A DNA stretch of 63,710 nucleotides, counting the filler, from Octopus bimaculoides (Eukaryota): NCBI RefSeq assembly GCF_001194135.2. It is 5 parts of 5 records of this genome, joined end to end, with 100 filler letters (N's around TTAATTAATTAA, not from the genome) between each part and the next. Parts side by side here need not be neighbours in the genome. Positions count along the whole stretch, not along the records: positions 1 to 29,621 come from NC_068998.1; 4 more parts are not named here. The stretch is one strand, 5' to 3'. This document shows, one piece after another, positions 13,140 to 24,879 of this stretch. The translations under genes and the position numbers were made by a program. Below the pieces are notes generated by a model. That model had not been told where the DNA came from and made no database searches. It saw nothing but the letters and a program-made list of their open reading frames with translations. Within the stretch, counting starts at the first letter, position 1; each line of letters begins with the position of its first letter.

Positions 13140-14921
13140 CCTGATGTGTTGTTGCATGGCCTGGACATAGTTCTGTGTGCATAGAGAAGTTGCACCACAG
13201 GAACATGAAAGAGTGGAAAAACTCCTTAATGCACACATGGGAATGTGGTGCAACATACTCCAGCCTATGAAAAGTACAGCACACAATTTCCAAGCTTCCA
13301 GCAATGATGTTCCTACACTATATACATTACGCAAAGATCACAAACCCTGTCATGGGGCCCCCAACTAGACCAGTTTGCGGGGCCAATATCTCTAGCAACT
13401 ACAGACTGTCCTACTTCCTCTTGCAAGTATTACGACATAGAGATGTCTCCAGTTGTCTGTGTGAGCACGGAAGATCTCCTCAGTAAAATTAGTACTTGCA
13501 ACCACTCCAACGATCTCACAAGTTGTGTTGTGGGTAGTATGGATGTGATTTCACTCTACCCATCTATAGATTTTGCTGTAGAGAAATGCATTCAGGTAAT
13601 CTGTGAGAGTGAAGTAGAATTCCATAAGTTCAACATGAGGGAACTGGGCCTCCTCCTCTGACTAAGCTACGACAGTGACTATTTAGATGACCATGACCTC
13701 AGTAGATTCTACCCCACCAGGTCACAGAGGGAAGGACCACCTACCATCACCTCATCAGTGAAGAAAAGCACCACAGAGCTCTTGAGTGGCTGGACCGTAC
13801 CCACCCAAAACCCTGAAATCAACAATCAGGTGAAAGAAATGATTGCACATGCAATAGGGGCCAGTGTAAAAACCACCTTGAAGAACCACATAGTAAAGTT
13901 TAACAAAAAACTATGCATGCAGGTTCAAGGTGCAGCCATCAGTGTCGCTGTAGCTGGGGATGTGGCTAGACTCTTAATGGACTCTTAATGGTGGGACAGA
14001 AAACTCAAGCAATTGTTAGTAGAACAATCCACATGTATGCATACACACACATGCATACATACATACATATATACATGTATGTGTATACACATACACACAC
14101 ACACTAACCCAAATATATGCACACAAACAAAAAGAATGCAGTGTGAGTAACGGATAGAGTCAAAACTATTGAAAACGTTGCAAGACGCCATGAAAATTTT
14201 AGAAAAATAAAAAAGAAATAAGTGGAAATTTTACCAGTGAGTGTGTTAAATTATAAAGCACCAAAAGAGAATGACTCTCCCCAGACACAACAGAATATAT
14301 ATGTATGTGTATATATGTGTGTGTGAGTGCATGTTTATGTACATCACACATACACAGTAGGTATGTAGATGACATTAATATCATAGTTAAAACCAACTCT
14401 AGTAACGGTAGTGTAGAAACTGAGAGGAACGTAATGGATAGCATCCAGCAAGTAGTTAACTACATCCACCAAAGTATCAAGGTAACTATAGATTACCGCA
14501 CTAGGCACCCCAACAATAGACTTTCCGTCTTTGATACTGAACTTTGGTTAGAGACGGCAAACAGAGTGCAGCTCCTTCACTCCTATTACTTGAAACCCAT
14601 AGCTTCTAAATATGTTGTTCACAAGAACTCAGCTTTGTCACACAAAATGAAAATTAAAATACTGATAGCAGACTTAGGTTAATGAACAACGTGTCTCCAC
14701 TATGCAAACCCTATGAAACAAAAAATACATATGCAGAACTTCCTGCACTGCATGCAATTCTCTGGATATGATCAGAAAGATAGGGTTCAAGTATACAGGG
14801 GTGCTAGAAAGAAATTAGATAACATTATATGTAATGATACCAGTGGTACCTGCCCTAGATATAGAAACAAAAACTGGAATAGGATACAAAGAACTTGTGA
14901 CAAAGCAAACAAGGTGAGCAC
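13140..14921 (+). mobile_element. Penelope-like retroelement reverse transcriptase, decayed (Naiad-like)
   Basis: Colinear frameshifted pieces: LYTLRKDHK/GPPTRPVCGA, SMDVISLYPSI (RT motif A), QVQGAAIS..AGDVARLLM..WDRKL (motif B), RYVDDINI (motif C, GTAGATGAC at 14365-14373), and thumb HSYYLKPIASKYVVHKNSALSHKMK. Runs into the gap at 14922. Confidence 0.85.
14031..14352. mobile_element. Microsatellite-flanked dispersed repeat inserted into the PLE RT
   Basis: Unique core ACAAACAAAAAGAATGCAG...CTATTGAAAACGTTGCAAGACG...GTGGAAATTTTACC recurs at about 16025-16345 (few differences) and 55135-55275 (diverged); it separates RT motif B from YVDD. Confidence 0.75.
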
Positions 14922-17084
14922 NNNNNNNNNNNNNNNNNNNNNNNNNNNNNNNNNNNNNNNNNNNNNNNNNNNNNNNNNNNNNNNNNNNNNNNNNNNNNNN
15001 NNNNNNNNNNNNNNNNNNNNNNNNNNNNNNNNNNNNNNNNNNNNNNNNNNNNNNNNNNNNNNNNNNNNNNNNNNNNNNNNNNNNNNNNNNNNNNNNNNNN
15101 NNNNNNNNNNNNNNNNNNNNNNNNNNNNNNNNNNNNNNNNNNNNNNNNNNNNNNNNNNNNNNNNNNNNNNNNNNNNNNNNNNNNNNNNNNNNNNNNNNNN
15201 NNNNNNNNNNNNNNNNNNNNNNNNNNNNNNNNNNNNNNNNNNNNNNNNNNNNNNNNNNNNNNNNNNNNNNNNNNNNNNNNNNNNNNNNNNNNNNNNNNNN
15301 NNNNNNNNNNNNNNNNNNNNNNNNNNNNNNNNNNNNNNNNNNNNNNNNNNNNNNNNNNNNNNNNNNNNNNNNNNNNNNNNNNNNNNNNNNNNNNNNNNNN
15401 NNNNNNNNNNNNNNNNNNNNNNNNNNNNNNNNNNNNNNNNNNNNNNNNNNNNNNNNNNNNNNNNNNNNNNNNNNNNNNNNNNNNNNNNNNNNNNNNNNNN
15501 NNNNNNNNNNNNNNNNNNNNNNNNNNNNNNNNNNNNNNNNNNNNNNNNNNNNNNNNNNNNNNNNNNNNNNNNNNNNNNNNNNNNNNNNNNNNNNNNNNNN
15601 NNNNNNNNNNNNNNNNNNNNNNNNNNNNNNNNNNNNNNNNNNNNNNNNNNNNNNNNNNNNNNNNNNNNNNNNNNNNNNNNNNNNNNNNNNNNNNNNNNNN
15701 NNNNNNNNNNNNNNNNNNNNNNNNNNNNNNNNNNNNNNNNNNNNNNNNNNNNNNNNNNNNNNNNNNNNNNNNNNNNNNNNNNNNNNNNNNNNNNNNNNNN
15801 NNNNNNNNNNNNNNNNNNNNNNNNNNNNNNNNNNNNNNNNNNNNNNNNNNCACACACATACACTCAGACAAGGAGATAGAGGTACACACACAAACACACA
15901 TGCAAACACACACACATGCACACACATACATAAAAACACACAAACACAGACACGCAAACACATGAATATGCAGAATACATACATACAAATGCACACACAT
16001 ACATATATACCTATGCACACACACATACATGCATACACACACATGCATACATACATACATATATACATGCATGTGTATACACATACACACACACACTAAC
16101 CCAAATATATGCACACAAACAAAAAGAATGCAGTGTGAGTAACGGATAGAGTCAAAACTATTGAAAACATTGCAAGACACCAGGAAAATTTTAGAAAAAT
16201 AAAAAAGAAATAAGTGGAAATTTTACCGGTGTGTGTGTTAAATTATAAGGCATCAAAAGAGAATGACTCCCCCCAGACACAACAGAATATATATGTATGT
16301 GTATATATGTGTGTGTGAGTGCATGTTTATGTACATCACACATACACACACATACACATGCATGCACACACATACACATGCATGCACACACACGCGTGCA
16401 TGCACACACATACATGCATGCTCATACACACACACTCACACACTCGTGTGCATGAGCATGCACAAATACCTCACACTCATAGATAGATGGCTGGATGGAT
16501 GCCTAGCTCCATGGTTAAGAACTTTACTTTACACTCATGAGTTCGATCCAACTGCAGAGTATCTTGGGCAATTGTTTTTTACTTAATCACAGTCTCACTG
16601 ACTCTGTAGAAACCTGTCTGATGGACTGTATATAATTCAAAGAGTTAGCCTTGGTCCACAGAAAACATGTCTCAAAAAAACAGCATATGTGTCTCAAGAT
16701 GAAGACAAAATGTATCTTAAAATAGGGGCTGTATGAAGTACATAGGCAGTTATTGAAAAAATGAGCAGAATGAAGCCCAATGCATCATTGATACATATGG
16801 CAGCTTATCATTTCTTAAATACAAAATTTCTATGAAGAACCAGTAAGAATTTTTTATCCTTAGTATGTAAATTACTGGTGCTTATTTTAAATCAAACCAG
16901 CAAACTGAGGGATAAAGCCCAGGACTTGAACTTAAAAACTAGAGGAAGTAATTATTAAAACTATTTATGTTCAGTTCATGAATCTTACACTATTACTACT
17001 ACTACTACTATTGATGAGGATGATGAGGATGATGGTGATGATGATGATGATGATGAGGATGATGATGATGATGATGATGAGATC

Positions 17085-18210
17085 TGGTCCCCACCAAAAC
17101 ATATGTAGTGCTATTTTTTGTTTGCCAATAACATACAAACTGTTCATACCTACAGTCTATGACCATCTGGTTACTCACCAGGAGAACAATAACATCTTAC
17201 CAGAGAAGCAGAAATGAGGCTACAAAGGGTTGTATGGCTATAAAAGTGCAAAAGTTGTTGAACTTGTACAAAGTACTAAAAGAGAAGAACAAATCTTTAA
17301 TATAACATGCATTGATTGCTGAGAAGTATTTTATAGTATAAACGCTGTTGAGTATTGAAGAACTTTACAGTATAATAAGACAACAGGGTTATGCCATTAA
17401 TAGGGGAAGTAGGGAATGTAAAGGAGGATGAAATAGTGTCACTGAATAAATCAAGAGAAGTTAAAAGAAGTTAAAAGTAATTAAGGACAAGACAAGGAAA
17501 TAAGGTGAAAAGCTTTTAGGGAATTTACTTTGTTAAGAAATCCCCAAATTGATTTTTGTGCACCAGCACATTGAAGACACTGTATATGAATAAAACAGCT
17601 CCAACTCTAAGAAAGTACCTCAACTATGATATGTCAAAATGGAAGACCATATACCACCGCAAGGTGAAGAGAAAAGGAATAAATCCCTCCTGGTAGCCAT
17701 TAGATTAGGAATCTTTCAGAGAAATTCCTTATTCTCTCCAGTCTTCTCCTTAGCTTTGGTATTATTAAAATCTGCTGAGGAAAACCACTGACTGTCACAA
17801 ATTCTACTGACAAATTATGTTATCTACTCTACATGGATAACTTAAAACTAGTTAAAAAGAATAACACCCAGCTGGAGAACCAACTAAAAATTATTCATAG
17901 ATTTTGCCAAAATACAAAGATAAATGTGGCAAAATTGTTATTAAAAAACAGGTAGATGCCAATAGCATTTGATGACATTATATTAGATCCAGCTGCATGA
18001 TGTTAGGAAATATTTTAAAGTAGAAGTTACTGACTAGGTACAACACAGAAATTAAAGAAGAAAATGTGAAAAGGGTACAATAGAACCTGAACTCAATGCT
18101 AGCAATAAATAGATATAAACACAAACTTACCTAGGAAACAACAGTGTGATGAGCTGCTTTACAGACATACTGGGACTAAAAAGATGGTTAGAAGTAAGAC
18201 AAGGAAACTG
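17085..18210 (+). mobile_element. R4/Dong-clade non-LTR retrotransposon RT fragment, decayed
   Basis: CLPITYKLF..VYDHL..NNILPEKQK*GYKGLYGYK (cf. RPITCLPTMYKLL..LP.EQKGC.KGSYGCK), LCYLLYMDNLKL at about 17817-17850 (cf. HLLYMDDLKL), KDKCGKIVIK, ELNASNK. Confidence 0.75.
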
Positions 18211-18668
18211 ATTGGCAGAATAAAGAAACGTGGCTGTAAAAATGTATGGAATGGTCATGGCTGGAATATATCTGCTCATAATTCCACTGGATAAGACCTA
18301 TTGTGCTATTAAATAACGACAACAATTAACCAGAACCATTGGGAAAATTGTTGTATCTAACTGCAAAAAAAAAAACAAGATAATAAAACAATGAATATAA
18401 TAATTTCTAATATAGACCTAAGACCACACATTTTTTTCTCTTTTTTTTGTGAGGACATTGTTAATTAACACAGATACCCGTACATATTGATTTTTATTTT
18501 ATATTACTGTTAGTGAAAAAGTGAGTCATTGGTCACTACTTTCCATTGAGCCAGTCTCTGATTCACTGTATATGACAAGGGAGTATTTAAAACTCAGAGT
18601 ATAACAAGCATCAAAAAGTATTTTGCTTGACGATCCTAGTTGTTCACTTTTCTAAGCATTGTTTACAT

Positions 18669-18941
18669 CAGTGTTTCCCAAAATTTATTGGGAAGCCATC
18701 CCCTTGGCATCCATGCCACATTCTTAGACCCTACCCACCACCACAAGAGGAGACCACTTTCTGCAGCAAATTCCAAACAACTGTATTTCACAAATTAAAT
18801 TTAACATAATTCATTATTTCCTTGTTTTTACATCCATCACCCCCATTTGGCCACCCTATTATCGCCCAACATTTTTCAACGCCCACCTGGATTTTTCCCT
18901 TGTCCCTAGGGAGGTAATACCAACCACTTTGGGAACCACTG
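18669..18941. mobile_element. hAT (Charlie-like) MITE
   Basis: TIRs CAGTGTTTCCCAAA / TTTGGGAACCACTG; 8-bp TSD GTTTACAT (18661-18668) / GTTTACAC (18942-18949). Confidence 0.85.
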
Positions 18942-19403
18942 GTTTACACTGAAAGATATACATACACAGGGTTTACAAACAGGAAAAAAGTAGCACTCAA
19001 TACATTGTGTACAATATTATTATTAAATCTGGAAACACTTTAGATGTTACTTGAGATACTCTGGGGTCTCAGATTTCTTTGTCAAGGGATTAGGTACAAC
19101 AGATAGAAAGGAAAATGATGAGAAAATTAGGGTTAGGCAATTCTTATATATGAAATACAAGCCATCAAATAACTTCTGAAATGTTTTCAGCTCCCAACAA
19201 TATACTTACATACATTCATGTATATATATTCATGTGTGTGTGTGCATATGTATATGTGTGTGTGTATGTGTGTGTGTGTTCGTATATATTCATGTGTGTG
19301 TGATAAAATATATAATTGGTCTATCCATTTTATTTAAGCCACTTCTTTGGACATAATCTTTAATGTAATAGCAGTGGAACAAAATGATCTCAAAGCACCA
19401 GTA

Positions 19404-19479
<76 letters not shown>

Positions 19480-19756
19480 AAGATTTATATTACTGTAGGG
19501 AAAAGGATGAAGACAAAGGAGACAGGGTGTGAATGGTTTCAACACCATCTAAAGAGATATAACTGAAAATTGAACATTACTTTGCTCCACTGCTTCACTG
19601 ATTCCGCCAATCCAAGCATGGCTTCTTCATTTAAAATGTTTCAAAATAAACAGCACAATACAATATTACAAAAAAATAAGCTAACATAAGCAAGTGACAC
19701 ACATATAAAGAAATAATTATACATACTACAATCTTTCTCATTATCTAAGTATCTAT

Positions 19757-19925
19757 TTCTCTGTCTCGTCATTTTTTCATCTAATCTTCTCATGTTTGCA
19801 TAGCTGGAACTGGTCTTTTTCAGCACAGCATCTTACCACTTATTACAGTCTTTTACCATCTCCTTCATGAGCTTTAGATTCTCAAGATCCGTATTTCTTC
19901 ATGTGTTTTTCATGATCTCACTTTT
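19757..19925 (-). mobile_element. RTE LINE ORF2 C-terminal remnant
   Basis: Reads ..RNTDLENLKLMKEMVKDCNKW*DAVLKKTSSSYANM, similar to the RTE C-terminus seen at 56580-56710 (DFQMLGLTEEMTRD..IVLEKT). Confidence 0.55.
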
Positions 19926-20581
19926 CTGCAGGTTTTTTTTTTCCATACCTACTCACATGCATATATGTACAATTAATCCATAATGATTATATATTTTGTC
20001 AGACTAACGATTATGGATTAAAAGTTAATTCATTCTCAGACTTATCTTTGAGTTCTTTATTCTACATAGCGAGACGTATCTTCTTTGAACTTGTCACCCC
20101 TGGAATATATATATATATATATACATATATATNNNNNNNNNNNNNNNNNNNNNNNNNNNNNNNNNNNNNNNNNNNNNNNNNNNNNNNNNNNNNNNNNNNN
20201 NNNNNNNNNNNNNNNNNNNNNNNNNNNNNNNNNNNNNNNNNNNNNNNNNNNNNNNNNNNNNNNNNNNNNNNNNNNNNNNNNNNNNNNNNNNNNNNNNNNN
20301 NNNNNNNNNNNNNNNNNNNNNNNNNNNNNNNNNNNNNNNNNNNNNNNNNNNNNNNNNNNNNNNNNNNNNNNNNNNNNNNNNNNNNNNNNNNNNNNNNNNN
20401 NNNNNNNNNNNNNNNNNNNNNNNNNNNNNNNNNNNNNNNNNNNNNNNNNNNNNTGTCTGCTTAGTGGTCATCCATCTTATAATGTATGTAATATAATTTT
20501 TCTGAATCTTCAGATTTTAAATAAGCTAGGCCACTGGTTTTAAATTGATATTAATCAAATTAATATTCAATTTTTCACCCT

Positions 20582-20616
<35 letters not shown>

Positions 20617-20622
20617 TATTAA

Positions 20623-21286
20623 GGGAGTAAGGGCAAAAACGATCTAATTCCAGGATGTTTGAAGTGCCGATACTTTCAAAAAACTCCCAAGAACTCCAGA
20701 TAAATATACACAAGGCTGAAAGTAGGCTAGTGAAAGAATATTAAAAAAGACCTCACTTTAATTGCGAATTGGTTCCAATTTCTGGATTAAGACCAAAAAT
20801 AGACATTCTTCCTTCGTCAACACAATACACGGGTTCATTAACATGATTTTTATCCTTATATTCTATTATGAATTTATAAATAAAATAAAATAATTTAATT
20901 ATTTTTGCTTCTGACCAGAATAGCATTTACTGCTTGGCTATTCATATAATATACACATTAGCTGTCATGAGGGGATTTAAAATTGACTTATTATGGATCT
21001 ATATGTGTAAATATTTGTGTGTAGATGTGTGAACCTGCTTTGTAATGTATGTACAATTATTTGGATTTATATTTCCCCCATGTATTTTGTTGACGAAGGA
21101 AGAAATCCTATTTTTGGTTTTAATCCAGAATTTGGAACCAATTCACAATTAACATGAGGTCTTTTTGATATTCTTTCATTAGCCTGCTTTCAGCCATGTG
21201 TATATTTATCTGGAGTTTTTGATAGTTTTTTGAAAGTATCAGCACTTCAAGCATGCTGGACATAGGTCACTTTTGCCCTTTCTACC
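20623..21286. mobile_element. Long-TIR MITE with TTAA target duplication (Kolobok-like)
   Basis: About 215-bp imperfect TIRs (GGGAGTAAGGGCAAAA... / ...TTTTGCCCTTTCTACC); flanked by TTAA at 20619-20622 and 21287-21290. TTAA TSD with purine termini is characteristic of Kolobok. Confidence 0.75.
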
Positions 21287-21513
21287 TTAATATAATTATA
21301 TACCTATGTATATTATTATTAATTTAATGTATAAATTTTTATATCGTGCTGACTACCTGAAAAAAAATCATGATTTTCATCTTTATATTCTATATATATA
21401 TATATATATNNNNNNNNNNNNNNNNNNNNNNNNNNNNNNNNNNNNNNNNNNNNNNNNNNNNNNNNNNNNNNNNNNNNNNNNNNNNNNNNNNNNNNNNNNN
21501 NNNNNNNNNNNNN

Positions 21514-21621
21514 ATCATCTACCAGCCTGCAGTATTCATCAACAAGAAATATGAGGTATTGTACACCTGTCACCAGAGGTACACCCACCCTACTAGTAAA
21601 TTTCAAGCATCTGGCCACTGA
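21514..21621 (+). mobile_element. C-terminal end of a Penelope-like (Neptune-type) ORF
   Basis: IIYQPAVFINKKYEVLYTCHQRYTHPTSKF resembles the LNKRSE....CRH..K.L motif that ends PLE GIY-YIG ORFs; emerges from a gap; a hammerhead motif lies downstream at 23028-23158. Confidence 0.5.
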
Positions 21622-22291
21622 CAACCTGGATATACCTCGTTAGTACCAGCTGCCCCTAGCACCACCTACACCAAGGTCACTGTTACAGATTAACCCCCCA
21701 TGAACAGCACTGCAAATCACGAATCCCCAACACTTCCCCAAGCCTGTTTACCCGCATACTCTTACCCCTTGTACATCACCCCTTGTGTGATGAGTATGCA
21801 TGTGTGCATGCACACATGGATGTGTGAATGTACATCTAAGCACACATACACATTCATATAAGTACTGATGCATACACGCAGATATATTGGCATATACATG
21901 TACATATATACATATATACCCCACATCTACTGCACATTGCTACACCCACCCCAACCACATGACTAATATCTTGTCCACCAGCCAGTTTCTTCTCCACCGC
22001 ACAGTCAATTTCCTTTTCAACATGTAGTATTTTCCATCTAACTGTTGTCGCTGCATTTACTGACATCAATACCACGTGACCCTTCTTGACCGATCACAGG
22101 CTAATGTCTAGTAACAAACAGTGAGGCTCTTCATTTGAATTTTCATTCAGATTCCAATGGCCGAAGACCAGCTATGTGCTTCAAACTCAGAGTACTAAGG
22201 ATTCTGAATCAAATTGTTCTGATCTATACATGTAACTCCCAATAAATGTGTTGAGTGCCCTTCTTTCATTTGTCTACCTACTCATGTATAT

Positions 22292-22340
<49 letters not shown>

Positions 22341-22519
22341 CAAGAGTTAAAAAATGGAGTACATATGATCTGGGCTACTTATGCTTCATAGCAAGCAGAA
22401 CCTCAGAAGTGGTAAGTATCCAAGTCAGGAACAATGCACCGGTCCTCCTTTCCAAATCCAACTAAAGCTTATGTACTAGGGAACATGTATGTACAGGAAT
22501 GCTTATATACACATGTGTG

Positions 22520-22770
22520 TATGTATGTATGTATCCAATGGGGGTCTTAAAAGACATGTTAGGATCCATAATGAGCAGAACTTACTTGCAGGTATTGGTA
22601 GTGCAAATCAGAGGTGCAATCTGTGTGGGTGTTTTTTCAAAACACTGTCTGGTTTAAAAAGCCACATCAGACGCCATGAAAGGGCTAAGGTGTAGGTGCA
22701 GGAGGTGGTCAAACTCTGTTTAAAGAGTAGACAGCCACCACAACCACCATGTATGTATGTATGTATGTAT
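22520..22770 (+). mobile_element. RTE-type LINE 3' end with C2H2-like zinc fingers and (ATGT)n tail
   Basis: SNGGLKRHVRIH...RCNLCGCFFKTLSGLKSHIRRH* then a short UTR ending GTAGACAGCCACC and (ATGT)n. No TGEKP linker or splice context, so a host C2H2 ZNF gene is less likely but not excluded. Confidence 0.55.
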
Positions 22771-23027
22771 GTGTGAGTGAGTATATATATGTGTCCTTAT
22801 GTATAATAACAATAACAATTGACTCATTGGTGTGCATGTATAGACGTTTATGTATGTACCCTTAAGTGTACATATATATATCCAAGTATTTATGTTTATG
22901 TTTATTTATTTATGTATATATGCCAGAGTATGCATGTATATGCATATATATGTGAGTTTTTATGATTTTTATGTTTTTTATCTGTTTATATTTGTATATT
23001 GTAAATTAACTCCACAAACTTTGTAAA

Positions 23028-23158
23028 TCTCTGAAGAGGCCTAGAGAACCATACATGTACCTCTATTTTCATCCATTTCATCTATCAATTACTCCAGTTT
23101 ACTGGAGTTATATAGATAGAATGAGACATGTCACCGCTATGCTGAAACAGCTGTAAGA
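23028..23158 (+). ncRNA. Type I minimal hammerhead ribozyme-like motif (PLE-associated)
   Basis: TCT-CTGAAGA-GGCCTAG...CTATGCT-GAAAC-AGCT-GTA-AGA: core CUGANGA (23031-23037) and GAAAC (23144-23148), stem I TCT/AGA, stem II 6 of 7 bp, palindromic stem III ACAGCTGT, GUA cleavage triplet (23153-23155). Confidence 0.6.
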
Positions 23159-23916
23159 CATTGTCCCTTCTTCGGTCACTAGATGTCCCTTTTAATTTTT
23201 ATTACTGATATGACATAATATGTCATATGTGTTTGTATATTGTTTTTATTGTCCTGTGCTCTTAGTTGAAAAATATACAGGTAAATTGACATAATACAAT
23301 GTCTGCAAGTTGATGAGTACCACATATTCCCCTCTATTTTCTTATTGCTATATAAATTAAGGGTAAAATTTCCTTTTACCTGCACCCATTTATTGCACTC
23401 GGTAAAAACACTAGTGTAATAGTAATTGGGTATCCTTCCAGCAGTATATTGGATAGATATTATCCCTTAGTGTGTTGGATTCACAACCCCTAACTTTCTT
23501 GGATTATATATATGTTTATATATATAATGGGCTTCTTTCAGTTTCCATCTACCAAATCCATTCACAAGGCTTTGGTCAGCCTGAGGCTATAGTAGAAGAC
23601 ACTTGCCCAAGGTGCCACACAGTGGGACTGAACCCAGAACCTTGTGGTTGGGAAGCAAGCTTCTTACCACACAACCACACCTGTGCCTTTTGTATTCAAT
23701 TATTCATTTATTCATTTCAGTCATTTGACTGCGGCAACTGATGGTGTATGTTTATACCCCCATGACTTAGTAGTTCACCAAAGAGAACGGTAGATTAAGT
23801 ACCAGGCTTACAAAAAATGTACCCAGGGATTGATTACTTTGACTAAAAGGTGGTACTCTAGCATGGCTGCTGTCAAATTACAAATGAATAAAAGCAATAA
23901 AAAGAAAGAAATATAC

Positions 23917-23947
<31 letters not shown>

Positions 23948-24081
23948 AATTATGAGCTAAAGGTTATGCAACCATCTAAGGGATATATGTATCCGTAGAC
24001 ACTACTGGTGCATTATCTAAATATGTATAAGCCTTGCTGTATGGTTAACAGTTCTTGGTAATTTAAGGATAAACCGTGGTT

Positions 24082-24805
24082 ACATATATTCAGATAGGAT
24101 AAGAGAAGAAATGGAGCAATATGTAACAATTAGAAGTTCATCATTAGTATTGAATGATCATAGTTTAATTGTAGTCAAGATAACTTTTACAGTTGTTTCA
24201 GTTTGTAATTTTTGAGGTAAACTTGTATTTATCACGTTCCATGCAACAAACATCATCAGAAGGATTTGAACTTTACCAGAAGAATATTGACAGGAGATTG
24301 AAGGTTGACAGGAGAAAAAAGGAAAAAAGGAAAAGGAAAAGGAAAAAGGTAAAAGGAAAAGGTTCATTTGATCTTTAGGGTTGCATTTTGTATCCTTAAG
24401 ATGGCATGTGTGTGTACAGTTGTTTCAGGTACTTTCATCTACTTGAGGCAACTGTACACATATGTGCCATCTTTTAAGGATGCAAAATGTAAGCCTGAAG
24501 ACCTAACAAACCTTTTCCTTTTTTCCTTTTTACCTTTTTTTCCTATTCTGTTACGTTTTTCGTTTTTTCTTCTGTCAAACTTCGATCTCTTGTCAATATT
24601 TCTCTGGATATATTTCAAATCATTCTGATGATGTTTGTTACATGGGATGGGATAAACGCAACTTTACCTCAAAAATAACAAACTGAAACAGTTTCAGATG
24701 TTATCTTAACCATAATTAAAGTATAATCATTCAATACTAATGACGAATTTCTAATTGTTACATGTTGCACCATTTCTTCTTTTATCTTTTATATTTAGAT
24801 ATGCA
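24082..24805. repeat. Long near-perfect inverted repeat (fold-back), arms about 350 bp, 8-nt loop
   Basis: Right arm is the reverse complement of the left across its length (roughly 80-85% by eye); centre TACAGTTGTTTCAGGTA-ctttcatc-TACTTGAGGCAACTGTA, axis at about 24435. Confidence 0.93.
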
Positions 24806-24838
24806 CATATACATATATACATACATATAGATAGATAG

Positions 24839-24879
<41 letters not shown>

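Noticed and set aside
21940-22260. CR1-like RT fragment (minus, TVRWRRNWL) and a possible plus-strand exon with AATAAA at about 22240
   Set aside because: Matches too short and ambiguous to support either call.
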